This document shows positions 27,592 to 36,754 of a stretch of 64,000 nucleotides of DNA, piece by piece. How positions within the stretch are numbered: the first letter of the stretch is position 1; every line of letters begins with the position of its first letter. A program made the translations under genes and the position numbers. Below the pieces are notes generated by a model, which worked only from the letters and a program-made list of their open reading frames with translations, did no database searches and was not told where the DNA came from. This stretch comes from Endomicrobiales bacterium (GTDB lineage: Bacteria > Elusimicrobiota > Endomicrobiia > Endomicrobiales > CAWCFT01): contig CAWCFT010000016.1 in assembly GCA_963794945.1 (NCBI GenBank), positions 47,339-111,338 of the forward strand, given 5' to 3'.

Positions 27592-28701
27592 TTACAACAA
27601 CCCCTGATCTCTTAAATCTTTTTCCATTTTGGCTATGAACTCTTCCGGTGTTTGGAAACCGTTGGCTTTGGCTGCGGACTCGATCTGGGCGCGGCCTTCC
27701 GGGGTTTTGATCTTTTCTTTGAAGGCGCCCAGTATATCGATTTTTTGTTGATTGGCTTGTTTTATAAATTCTGCGAGGTCGGATTCAGGGGTGACAATAG
27801 GTATACTTGCGCTTGCCTGTTGTGTTTCCTCGCCCCTTGCGGGAGAGGACTGAGGTGAGGGGGTGGCGTTGGCCTTATTTTCACCCTCATCCACACCTTC
27901 TTCCTTTTCGGGTCTATTTGTTTGACCCTCAAGGTCCAGAGTCTTACCCATCAAGGGAGAAGTAGCAATTGCGGGATTAGCAGGCTTGACTGGTTTAGCC
28001 GCTGTCTTTTGGGTTTTCTTAAGAGCCTGTTTCCAGGCCTTCTTGACGTCCGCCAGGAAGGCGTCTACCGTGGCCTCGTTTTCGGGAAATGACTCAATTT
28101 CTATTTTTGCTTTAATTCTATTTTTTATTGATTTTACAATGTATTTCCTAGTATTTCCACTGGAATCGTACTCGGGTACGATTTTCTCACTGGCTGCCTG
28201 CTTTATTGTTACATCTCCCGATTGGAGCTTCTGCTGGATATCTGCCGGCGCGTCAACCACTTTAAGATATCTCCGCACTTGGCCTTCGGTCTTACCTATA
28301 TATTTGCCTATATTTTCATTGGTCTCGCCTTTGTCTTTTAACTTCTTGCAGGCGAACATTATATCCAGGTTGTTAAGGGTTTTGCGCTCTATATTCTCTA
28401 TGAAGTTAAGGCTCAGCGCCTCTTCGTAGCTAACCTCTGACTCTGGTATGACTATAGCATATATGCTTTCCCATTTGTTCAGAATGGCCGCGGCCAGCCT
28501 GCGCAAACCGGCTATAACCACCCGCTCGCCGCTGAGCCTGAGCCATACCACAATTGGGAACCTTTGACCTTTCTCGGCTAGCGATTTTGCTAGTGCCGCT
28601 ACGCTTTCGGGCGTGATGTCTTTGCGGAATTGGAACATCTTGTTTTCCGCGTTGATCTGTGATATGGGTATCCACTGCGGTGTGTACTTTGACAGGTCCA
28701 T
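27592..28701 (-). CDS. Orphan ParB/Spo0J N-domain plus HTH protein with low-complexity C-terminus
   Basis: LAKSLAEKGQRFPIVV, IAGLRRLAA (box II-like), IENIERKTLN, HTH ENIGKYIGKTEGQVRRYL; no parA nearby. Confidence 0.75.
   Translation of the reverse strand: MDLSKYTPQWIPISQINAENKMFQFRKDITPESVAALAKSLAEKGQRFPIVVWLRLSGERVVIAGLRRLAAAILNKWESIYAIVIPESEVSYEEALSLNFIENIERKTLNNLDIMFACKKLKDKGETNENIGKYIGKTEGQVRRYLKVVDAPADIQQKLQSGDVTIKQAASEKIVPEYDSSGNTRKYIVKSIKNRIKAKIEIESFPENEATVDAFLADVKKAWKQALKKTQKTAAKPVKPANPAIATSPLMGKTLDLEGQTNRPEKEEGVDEGENKANATPSPQSSPARGEETQQASASIPIVTPESDLAEFIKQANQQKIDILGAFKEKIKTPEGRAQIESAAKANGFQTPEEFIAKMEKDLRDQGLL
27826..27963 (-). repeat. REP-like palindrome doublet inserted in frame in the ParB-like gene
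   Basis: Minus strand CTTCTCCCTTGATGGG...GAAGGTGTGGATGAGGGTG and CACCCCCTCACCTCAGTCCTCTCCCGCAAGGGGCGAGGA; encodes TSPLMG...TPSPQSSPARGEE. Confidence 0.65.
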
Positions 28702-28742
28702 GAGCCGTTACCTCCTCCTATAACGTTTTATGAACATCCGTT

Positions 28743-28806
28743 TGTCATTTCGATCCCGCGAACGCGGGAGAGAAATCTAGATTCCTCGCTTAAGCTCGGA
28801 ATGACA
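28743..28806. repeat. TGTCAT...ATGACA-bounded palindromic element, copy 1
   Basis: TGTCATTTCGA-TCCCGCGAACGCGGGA-GAGAAATCT AGATTCCTC...TCGGAATGACA. Confidence 0.75.
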
Positions 28807-28856
28807 AAAACAAGGCCTTGAACGGCACACAAAGGAAGTCAATAACCTATATTTGA

Positions 28857-30080
28857 CTATTCCAAATGTATATTTTTTATTGCTTTTATCCGCTCAAGTA
28901 CCGGCGGGTGTGAGTATTCCATGAAGACTTTCATTGGGTGCGGGGTAAGGTTGGAGAGGTTGTCTACCGAAAGCTTCTTTAGGGCGTTTACCATGGCTTC
29001 GGGCTTTTTATAGGTAGTAACGGCGTAGGTGTCAGCCTCATATTCATGCTTTCTTGACAGCATGTTGGCCGCAACTGAAATTATGAGGTTAATGGGGGTA
29101 TAGAGGAACCCGAAGAACAGTATACCCGCATAAACCGAAATGTTCTGCATCTTAAAGGCCTCGAACAGGCCCGGCACGCGCACAAAGAAAGAGAGCACGA
29201 AGAACATGAGGCCGGTGTTGAGTATCGAAAGCACTATGGATTTAAATATATGCCCCTTTTTGTAGTGGCCCATCTCGTGAGCAAGCACGCTTACCAGCTC
29301 GTCCACCGTGTGTTTCGCTATCAGCGTGTCAAAAAGGACTATCCTGCGGAACCTGCCGAAACCCGTAAAGAAGGCATTGGACTTGGTAGAGCGTTTGGAG
29401 CCGTCCATCTTGAACAGGCCCTTCATCTTGAATGCCTGCTGGCTTGCGTAGTTTTCCAGCGCGGTTTTGAGATCGCCGTCTTCAAGCGGTATGAACTTGT
29501 TAAAAAGCGGCATTATGACCACAGGCGCGACGAACGTAAGGAACAGGTAGAACGCACTTACCGCGCCCCAGCATAATAGCCACGCCGAATTTCCCGCTTT
29601 GCCGAAAATCCAAAGCACAAGCGCGAACACCCCGCCGCCGATCACAGCTATCATTACCCACCCCTTTATGAGGTCGAGCACGAAAGTTTTTGGCGTGGTC
29701 TTGTTGAACCCGTATTTTTCTTCTATCACAAATGTGCGGTAAGCCGAGAAAGGTATTTCGAGTATGCTGGACGCGAAAAGTATTATGCCGCAGAAAACAA
29801 GCCCGGTAAGTATGGGCGCCATGCCGAGACGCCGCGCGAAGAGGTCTACAACATTAAAACCGCCCAAAACTATGAAAATAACTTTTAAAGCGGTAAAAAA
29901 TGTTTCTTCCGCAATGCCGAACCGCGTGTTCTCTTTAAGGTAGTTCTGCGAAATAGCGTACCTATGCTGGTCGTAGAAGCCGGCAAACTCTTCCGGCAGC
30001 TCAACCTTGACGTGTTTGGCGTTAAGCGATTCCACCACCACCGAGAGCAGCCAGCTGCCAACGATTATCACAAGTATCAA
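28857..30080 (-). CDS. M48-family membrane metallopeptidase (Ste24-like)
   Basis: IEEKYGFNKTT, MDGSKRSTKSNAFFTG, AHEMGH (HExxH), EYEAD, YSHPP. Confidence 0.9.
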   Translation of the reverse strand: MILVIIVGSWLLSVVVESLNAKHVKVELPEEFAGFYDQHRYAISQNYLKENTRFGIAEETFFTALKVIFIVLGGFNVVDLFARRLGMAPILTGLVFCGIILFASSILEIPFSAYRTFVIEEKYGFNKTTPKTFVLDLIKGWVMIAVIGGGVFALVLWIFGKAGNSAWLLCWGAVSAFYLFLTFVAPVVIMPLFNKFIPLEDGDLKTALENYASQQAFKMKGLFKMDGSKRSTKSNAFFTGFGRFRRIVLFDTLIAKHTVDELVSVLAHEMGHYKKGHIFKSIVLSILNTGLMFFVLSFFVRVPGLFEAFKMQNISVYAGILFFGFLYTPINLIISVAANMLSRKHEYEADTYAVTTYKKPEAMVNALKKLSVDNLSNLTPHPMKVFMEYSHPPVLERIKAIKNIHLE

Positions 30081-30164
30081 AGCGAGATAGAGTGAAATAA
30101 TGCCTCCAATATTTACGACAACTCCAAAACTTTATTCAATACTAAATATTCATTAACCAAAAGA

Positions 30165-30256
30165 TGTCATCCCGAATCCGCCTTGGGCGGATGAGGGATC
30201 TAGTTTTTTGTTCGACACAAGATTTCTCCTCGCCTCTTCGTCGAGTCGAAATGACA
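30165..30256. repeat. TGTCAT...ATGACA-bounded palindromic element, copy 2
   Basis: TGTCATCCCGA-ATCCGCCTTGGGCGGAT-GAGGGATCT...AGATTTCTC...TCGAAATGACA. Confidence 0.75.
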
Positions 30257-30296
30257 AAATATAAGTTTTTCAATTAACTCAAATTCGAAGTTGCCT

Positions 30297-30724
30297 TTAT
30301 TTGGGGAATTCCCCTGCGAATTTATTTATCCACTCAAGGGCGGCCTGCGAGCCTGTTAGCTGCCTGCCCTCTTTTTCAGCACTTCTTCCTTGTACTGCTC
30401 TATGCGGCAGATCTGCTCAACCATCCTAGCGCGGAAAGCGTCACCCTCGCCCGCGAACTCAACACCGACATCAAAATAGCTGTCGTCCAGGGCGCACCAC
30501 ATAACCTTTCCTTTCGCTTCAAAAGGCGGGCGCACGTGGACGATCTTTATAGTCACTATGTCGCCGTACTTGAACGGCACGTTCGACTTAAAGCAAAGCC
30601 CGCCGAAACTTATATTGCTTAGCACTTTTTCTTCTTCCGGAAGGGACTTATCGGAAGAGATCTCGATAGGTATATCGGAAGGGTGCCTGATGTATCTTCT
30701 TTTCTCAACCGGATTGTCGCTCAT
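30297..30724 (-). CDS. PilZ-domain protein (apparent indel near 30372)
   Basis: EKRRYIRH, NISFGG, RMVEQICRIEQY. The C-terminus EGRQLTGSQAALEWINKFAGEFPK* continues in another frame to TAA at 30297. Confidence 0.8.
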
Positions 30725-30732
30725 CGTTTGCC

Positions 30733-31758
30733 CTATATGATCTTTTTTATTACCGCGGCCGCAAGCTCTATCGTGGCGTCCACGTCCGCCGTGCTGAAAA
30801 CACCCGTCGAAGAATGTATGTATCGTGTGGGAATGCTGAGCACACCCGTAAGTATTCCCTCGCGGTTCATGTATATCATGGCGCCGTTCGTCATGCCGCC
30901 CTCTATAACGTCTATCTGGTGTTTAATCTTCCCATTTTTCGCGCAGGACAAAATAAGTTCTTTTATTTTCTCGCTTACCATGACGCCCCTGCCCGAGGCT
31001 TCAACGATCGTTATAGCAACGCCCGCGCCGAGCTTAAGCGACGATTCGTTCTCTTTTATCTGCGGCGTGTCGCCGGCTATCGTCGTGTCCAGCACAAGAG
31101 CGAAATCAGGGTTTATTTTAAATGACGAAGTCTTGGCACCCTTAAGTCCCACCTCTTCCTGAACCGTTGCCACGGCGTAAACCTCTGCCGAGACTTTGAG
31201 CTTCTCCATTATCTTAAGCATCGCGTAACAACCCACCCTGTTGTCGACGGCCTTGCCGTAGCAGAGCTTGCCGTTCAAAACCCCGGCGCTGGGCTCAAAT
31301 ATTATCTGGTCGCCTATGGAAACTTTTTTAAGCACCTCTTCCTTGCTCGCGCAGCCGATGTCTATGAACATGTCTTCGTGCTTGATGGCATTTTTTCTTT
31401 CTTCTTCCTTCATCAGGTGCGGGGGTTTAAGGCCTATTATGCCGAACACGTCGCCCTTTTTTGCTTTGATTATCACCCTCTGTGTCACAAGCACCCTGTC
31501 GTCAATGCCGCCGATCTTAACAAAATTGATAAACCCTTCTTTCGTTACGTGCTTGACCATGAGCCCTATCTCGTCCATGTGAGCGGCTATCATTATCTTC
31601 TTGGGGCCCTTGCCTTTTTTCGCTATGACGTTGCCGAAGCTGTCTTCGTGCACGTCGTCGCAGGACTTTTCAAGTTCACTCTTCATTATCGCGGCTATTC
31701 CGGACTCGGACCCCGATATGCCCGGCGCCAAAAGAAGGCTTTTAAGTAGTTCATCCAT
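30733..31758 (-). CDS. M42-family aminopeptidase
   Basis: AAHMDEIG, KAVDNRVGC, TVQEEVGLKGA, PTRYIHS. Confidence 0.92.
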   Translation of the reverse strand: MDELLKSLLLAPGISGSESGIAAIMKSELEKSCDDVHEDSFGNVIAKKGKGPKKIMIAAHMDEIGLMVKHVTKEGFINFVKIGGIDDRVLVTQRVIIKAKKGDVFGIIGLKPPHLMKEEERKNAIKHEDMFIDIGCASKEEVLKKVSIGDQIIFEPSAGVLNGKLCYGKAVDNRVGCYAMLKIMEKLKVSAEVYAVATVQEEVGLKGAKTSSFKINPDFALVLDTTIAGDTPQIKENESSLKLGAGVAITIVEASGRGVMVSEKIKELILSCAKNGKIKHQIDVIEGGMTNGAMIYMNREGILTGVLSIPTRYIHSSTGVFSTADVDATIELAAAVIKKII

Positions 31759-31829
31759 TTTAGTTCTCCTGTTGAAATATTATAGACTGACACAACTGTC
31801 CGGTAAATGTCGTCGAAATACTATAACTT

Positions 31830-31896
31830 TGTCATTTCGACCGAAGGGAGAAATCTTTAAGATCTCTCATCCGCCTATGGCGGATTCGAGATGACA
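31830..31896. repeat. TGTCAT...ATGACA-bounded palindromic element, copy 3
   Basis: TGTCATTTCGACCGAAGGGAGAAATCT..AGATCTCTC-ATCCGCCTATGGCGGAT-TCGAGATGACA. Confidence 0.75.
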
Positions 31897-31938
31897 ACGA
31901 AATATGATCAATATTCTAATGCGTTATCTTATCGAAAT

Positions 31939-32193
31939 TTATCCTGACAGCTGTAATAAAGTGATTATACATAAACGGGTACCGCAAATCAATCGCGCCT
32001 GTACCCAAATGACTGACGGAAAATACATGGTTAGCGGCTCGATCTTGTAGGCAAGTATAATGCCTATAACCGCGCCTATCGAGCTTGTCAAAAGCGACGT
32101 GAACATCCCGTTGAACCCGAAAAGCGAAGGCAAAAACCCGCCCACGAGCGACCCCACTACCATCCCGAGTGTTATAACCTTTTTTGAAACCAT
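31939..32193 (-). CDS. Small Gly-rich membrane protein; true C-terminus uncertain
   Basis: Two hydrophobic segments with GxxxG spacing (MVSKKVITLGMVVGSLVGG...IGAVIGIILAYK); SD GAGGT. Confidence 0.55.
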   Translation of the reverse strand: MVSKKVITLGMVVGSLVGGFLPSLFGFNGMFTSLLTSSIGAVIGIILAYKIEPLTMYFPSVIWVQARLICGTRLCIITLLQLSG

Positions 32194-32242
32194 ACATTTA
32201 CCTCATTTGTATCTTACCCTGCAACAAAATATCATTTATTCA

Positions 32243-32277
32243 CCCCTCTTTTGTGCAAAGAGGGGCAGGGGGAGGGT
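32243..32277. repeat. REP-like hairpin, possible pyk terminator
   Basis: CCCCTCTTT-TGTGC-AAAGAGGGG followed by CAGGGGGAGGGT. Confidence 0.45.
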
Positions 32278-32283
32278 ATAAAC

Positions 32284-33309
32284 CTATCTACAGAAACCTT
32301 TTTTATGCGCCTCGGTGTATTTTAGTATCTGGTTCATCATGCGCACGGTCTCAACCGGGTGTTTGCCGACAGCGGTTTCACCGGAGAGCATCACCATGTC
32401 CGTGCCGTCAAGCACGGCGTTGGCAACATCGGTAACCTCGGCCCGTTCGGGCATTATGTGTTTGGTCATGCTTTCAAGCATCTGTGTCGCCGTGATGACG
32501 AACTTATTTCTTTTGTTGCACTTCCGAATGATCTCTTTCTGCACGATCGGCACCTGGTATATAGGTATAGAGACCCCCATGTCGCCGCGCGCTACCATTA
32601 TTCCGTCCGCGGCATCAAGTATGCTGTCAATGCTATTTATTCCGTCGCGGTTCTCTATCTTGGCTATCAGCCTGCAGCCCGGCAGGCGTTTTTCAACAAG
32701 TTTCCGCACCAGCATCATGTCGGCTTTGTTCCGCACGAACGACTGCGCTATGAAATCCACCTTGTTCTTTATCCCGAACTCTATATCTTTTCTATCTTTT
32801 TCGGTGAGCCCTTTGAAACACAGTTTGGTGTCCGGCATGTTGATGCCCTTGTGCTCTTTTAGCACGCCGGGTATAAGGACTTCAGTTTTGAGGAACTGTT
32901 TTGAGGTTGCCATGACCACAAGAGCTATGTTGCCGTCGTCGATAAATATGCGGTTGCCGGGCTTTATCTCCAAAAGTGAGCCGTCGTAATCAAAAGGCAC
33001 CGCGCCCGCTCTCGCCGGAACGCCTTTGCCCGCAAGGAACACCACCTGTTTTTTTGTAAGCGGTATCTCTTTGCCTTTGAGGCTTCCTATGCGTATGCGG
33101 TAGCCTTCGAGGTCCTGCAGGATGAGCAGGTGCCTGTGGTATTTTTTGTTGAGCGATCTCACGGTATCAAGCCGGCCCTGGTGCTCGGAATGCGAGCCGT
33201 GGGAAAAATTAAGCCGCGCGACGTCCATGCCTTCGCGCATCATTTTCCTTAAAACCGTTTCGCTGGTTGAAGCCGGGCCAAGCGTGCAGACTATCTTAGT
33301 TTTAACCAT
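32284..33309 (-). CDS. pyk: Pyruvate kinase, short form without the C-terminal domain
   Basis: [54 protein letters not shown]. Confidence 0.92.
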   Translation of the reverse strand: MVKTKIVCTLGPASTSETVLRKMMREGMDVARLNFSHGSHSEHQGRLDTVRSLNKKYHRHLLILQDLEGYRIRIGSLKGKEIPLTKKQVVFLAGKGVPARAGAVPFDYDGSLLEIKPGNRIFIDDGNIALVVMATSKQFLKTEVLIPGVLKEHKGINMPDTKLCFKGLTEKDRKDIEFGIKNKVDFIAQSFVRNKADMMLVRKLVEKRLPGCRLIAKIENRDGINSIDSILDAADGIMVARGDMGVSIPIYQVPIVQKEIIRKCNKRNKFVITATQMLESMTKHIMPERAEVTDVANAVLDGTDMVMLSGETAVGKHPVETVRMMNQILKYTEAHKKGFCR

Positions 33310-35209
33310 GTGATATATCCTTGTCGCAGTATATCCTGTGCCAGAGTTCCAGCATCAGAAGCGCCCACATGCGGTAGCCGTGGTCCCTCTTGCAGGTGAC
33401 GTGCTCGGTGTATATCCTCTCGAGCGCGGCTTTGTTGAAATATCCGCGGCGAACGGCTTTCTCCGACAAAACTATTTCTTTGAAATAAGCCGCCCAGTTT
33501 GTCCTGAACCATTTGCCTACCGGTATGCCGAACCCCATCTTGCCCCTGTTGACTATCTTTGGCGGCAGGAATTCTTTGAAGGTCTCTTTTAATATGTGCT
33601 TGCTCTTGAAACCCTTGAGCTTCCACGAGGACGGCATAGACGCCGCGAACTCCATCAGCTTGTGGTCAAGGAACGGGCTCCTCGCCTCAAGCGAGTTCGC
33701 CATAGACGCTATGTCCATCTTAACGAGCAGGTCTTCCGGCAGGTAGGCGTTGATATCGGTATAATACGTCCTATCCATGATGTTGTCGGCCTTGGCGCCC
33801 GCAAATATTTTCTCGAGGTAATCAAAAGCGTCGCCGGTTACCTCAGACTTCATTTTGTCAGAGTAGAGCATATCCTTGGCGGTGTTCGTAAAAAAGCAGT
33901 TCCAGTAAATGTTCCTGCGGGCCGGCGGCTCGGCTAGGCCGGATATCAGTCTCGATATATACCTGAAAATATTTTTACCTTTCGTTGTTTCGGTGTGAGG
34001 TATCATGCGCGCGATGAACCTGGTCGCCTTGTCGCCCAAAAGCTGGAACGGGAACGAGAAGAACAGCGAGCCTTTCATGGCCTTGTACCGCAGATACCCG
34101 CCGAAAGACTCGTCGCCGCCGTCGCCGTTTAGCGCGACCGTGACGTGCTTCCTGGTCTCTCGAGAAACGATGTATGACGGGAGAGCCGATGAGTCGGCGA
34201 ACGGCTGTCCGTAGTGCCAGACAATCTTTGGCAGAAGCTCTATGAAGTTAGCCTTGACAATGAACTCGCTGTGCTCGGTCTTGTAGTGCTCGGCCGCCAT
34301 GCGTGCGTAGCCTATTTCCGAAAACTCGTCTTCCTCAAAACCTATTGTGAAGGTCTTTACCGGCCGGCTCGAAAGCCCGCTCATTAGGCCGACTATAATG
34401 CTCGAGTCGTGCCCTCCCGAGAGGAACGCGCCCAGCGGCACGTCCGCTATCATGCGCAGCCTCGTCGCTTCTTCAAGCAGCTCGCGCGTCTTCGCACAGG
34501 CCTCTTCAAAAGAGAGATCGGTCTTTTTGCGAAAATCTATGTCCCAGTACTTCGATATCTTTAGCTCTCCGCTTTTTGAGCAGGTGATTGTGCTCGCCGG
34601 CGGAAGAGAGTATATTTCCTTAAAAATAGTTTGAGGAGACGGTATATATTGGTATGTAAGGAATAGGTCTATGGCCGTGTAATTTATTTCGGGGGTCGCT
34701 TTGAGGTACTCGAGAATAGCTTTTATCTCGGATGCGAAAACGAAGGCCCCGTCTTTTTGTGTGTAGTAGAAAGGTTTCTTGCCTACCCTATCCTTAGCAA
34801 CGAAGAGCGCCTGCTTTCTGCTGTCCCAGACGGCGAACGCGAACATGCCCCGCAGGTGTTTGACGCAGTCCTCGCCGTACTCTTCGTAGAGGTGCAGTAT
34901 CACCTCGGTATCGGTCTTAGTGTAAAACTTGTGGGTTTTTTCGAGCTCCGCGCGGAGCTCGAGGAAGTTGTATATCTCGCCGTTTAGTATGACCCAGAGG
35001 GTCTTGTCTTCGTTGTGTATCGGCTGGTGTCCGGTGCTAAGGTCAATGATCGAGAGTCGCCTCATGCCGAGCCCTATCTTGCCGTCTACAAAATATCCGT
35101 CATCGTCCGGCCCGCGGTGTATTATAGCGTCGCACATGGACTTAAGAACAGCCTGGTCAACGGGCTTATCTGACTCATTGTATTTATATATTCCAGCTAT
35201 ACCGCACAT
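33302..35209 (-). CDS. asnB: Asparagine synthase (glutamine-hydrolysing)-family amidotransferase
   Basis: [47 protein letters not shown]. Confidence 0.93.
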   Translation of the reverse strand: MCGIAGIYKYNESDKPVDQAVLKSMCDAIIHRGPDDDGYFVDGKIGLGMRRLSIIDLSTGHQPIHNEDKTLWVILNGEIYNFLELRAELEKTHKFYTKTDTEVILHLYEEYGEDCVKHLRGMFAFAVWDSRKQALFVAKDRVGKKPFYYTQKDGAFVFASEIKAILEYLKATPEINYTAIDLFLTYQYIPSPQTIFKEIYSLPPASTITCSKSGELKISKYWDIDFRKKTDLSFEEACAKTRELLEEATRLRMIADVPLGAFLSGGHDSSIIVGLMSGLSSRPVKTFTIGFEEDEFSEIGYARMAAEHYKTEHSEFIVKANFIELLPKIVWHYGQPFADSSALPSYIVSRETRKHVTVALNGDGGDESFGGYLRYKAMKGSLFFSFPFQLLGDKATRFIARMIPHTETTKGKNIFRYISRLISGLAEPPARRNIYWNCFFTNTAKDMLYSDKMKSEVTGDAFDYLEKIFAGAKADNIMDRTYYTDINAYLPEDLLVKMDIASMANSLEARSPFLDHKLMEFAASMPSSWKLKGFKSKHILKETFKEFLPPKIVNRGKMGFGIPVGKWFRTNWAAYFKEIVLSEKAVRRGYFNKAALERIYTEHVTCKRDHGYRMWALLMLELWHRIYCDKDISHG

Positions 35210-35212
35210 AAA

Positions 35213-36754
35213 TTATTTCTCCGCCTGTGATGGCTCGCGCCGCTGGAGCATTATCTCGTCTGTAATGATTGAGACGACTTGTTTTATAAAAAAGGCCGGC
35301 CCAATGCCGTTGAATGTCCTGAAAAAATAGTACGCCTGTTTTTTAAGCCAGTAAGGCGACAGGAGCCTCTTGATGAGCCATCTTTTCAGAGCCTTGCGCC
35401 GCAGTTCTTCGACTTCTTTTATGTCTATCTCTTTGTGGAGCACGACATCGGACGCTTTTCCGTCGTACTTTTCCCAGTTGTCTGTGAGTATCAGGCCGTT
35501 CTTTTTCGCGTAATCGAAGAACCTCGTGCCGGGAAACGGCGTGCAGATGCTAAGCTGTATAGTGTCAGCTTCGAGTTTTTCCATGAACCGGATGGTATCG
35601 TCAATGCTCTCCCTGTCGTCTTCGGGAAGGCCGAGAGTGAAAGTTGCGTGTGTTTTAATTTTTAGCTTACCGCAAACCTTGACTATCTCTTTGATCCTGT
35701 CCAGGTCCAGCGGTTTACCGATGCGTGAAATTATCTTTCTGCTGCCGGTCTCAACTCCGAACTTAAGGCCCACACAGCCGCTTTTGGCCATAAGCTCAAG
35801 CAGCTCCTTGTCCGGGTTTATCGCGTCGCCCATGCAGGACCAGTGAATGCCTAAGTTGCGGCGAATTATCTCTTCGCAGAGCTCTTTGACGAAGCTCTTA
35901 TTTATCGTGAAATCGTCGTCATCGAAATATATCTCTCTGGCGCCGTACTTTTCTTTTGCTTCCGCCATCTCGTCAACGACACGCTTAACTGAGAAGCTCC
36001 TATATTTGCCGTTCGAGTACATTACCTGATTCCAGAGGCAAAAGTCGCACCTGTACGGGCACCCTCTTGTCGCGTGCATCTGCACCGCGGGCCTGTACTG
36101 GCAGAAACCGTCCCAGTAAATAGTGGGGTCGCTCTTTGTGATACCGGGAAAGAGTTCCCTCGCGGGCTCCGGCAGTTTGTCCAGTGGATCGATCGGCAAC
36201 GGCCTTTCGGTCTCCGTTATAACACCCGCGTCGCTGAACGTTATGCCTCTCACAGCCTTAAGATCGGTTTTATCTCTAAGGGCCTTTAGCAGAGCGGCCA
36301 GCGTCTCTTCGTACTCGTTTTTGACGACAGCGAACACCCGCGGGTGTTCGGCCAGCGTTTCTTTTGAAAACACCGTAGCGTGTGCGCCGCCAAGGATTAT
36401 CTTCGCGCCCGGCAGTAACGCGCCTATCTTTTCCGCGAGGCCGGTATCGAGGCTTATTGTGGGCGTGGTAGTTTCGTAAAATATGAAGTCGGGCTGTTCG
36501 GAAGAGAGGTATTCCAGCAGCTTATTTTCGCCCAGGTCCAGCGCCACGCAGTCAACGGCTTTGACTTCAAAGCCGTCTTTCTTAAGGAGCGCCGCGGCGT
36601 ACGCGAGAAAGAAAGGGAATGGTATGTAGTGCGGGAGCGTGCCGATCTTTTTTACGCCGGAGTGCGGCCAGCGTGAACCGGAGCGGATAAAATACTTTTC
36701 GTATCCGCCGCCGAGGTCCGACTTATACTGCGGGTTTATCAGTATTATTTTCAT
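35213..36754 (-). CDS. B12-binding radical SAM protein (HpnJ-like N-terminus)
   Basis: RSGSRWP, PFPFFLAYAA, TRGCPYRCDFC, YFDDDDF, FGVETG. Confidence 0.85.
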   Translation of the reverse strand: MKIILINPQYKSDLGGGYEKYFIRSGSRWPHSGVKKIGTLPHYIPFPFFLAYAAALLKKDGFEVKAVDCVALDLGENKLLEYLSSEQPDFIFYETTTPTISLDTGLAEKIGALLPGAKIILGGAHATVFSKETLAEHPRVFAVVKNEYEETLAALLKALRDKTDLKAVRGITFSDAGVITETERPLPIDPLDKLPEPARELFPGITKSDPTIYWDGFCQYRPAVQMHATRGCPYRCDFCLWNQVMYSNGKYRSFSVKRVVDEMAEAKEKYGAREIYFDDDDFTINKSFVKELCEEIIRRNLGIHWSCMGDAINPDKELLELMAKSGCVGLKFGVETGSRKIISRIGKPLDLDRIKEIVKVCGKLKIKTHATFTLGLPEDDRESIDDTIRFMEKLEADTIQLSICTPFPGTRFFDYAKKNGLILTDNWEKYDGKASDVVLHKEIDIKEVEELRRKALKRWLIKRLLSPYWLKKQAYYFFRTFNGIGPAFFIKQVVSIITDEIMLQRREPSQAEK

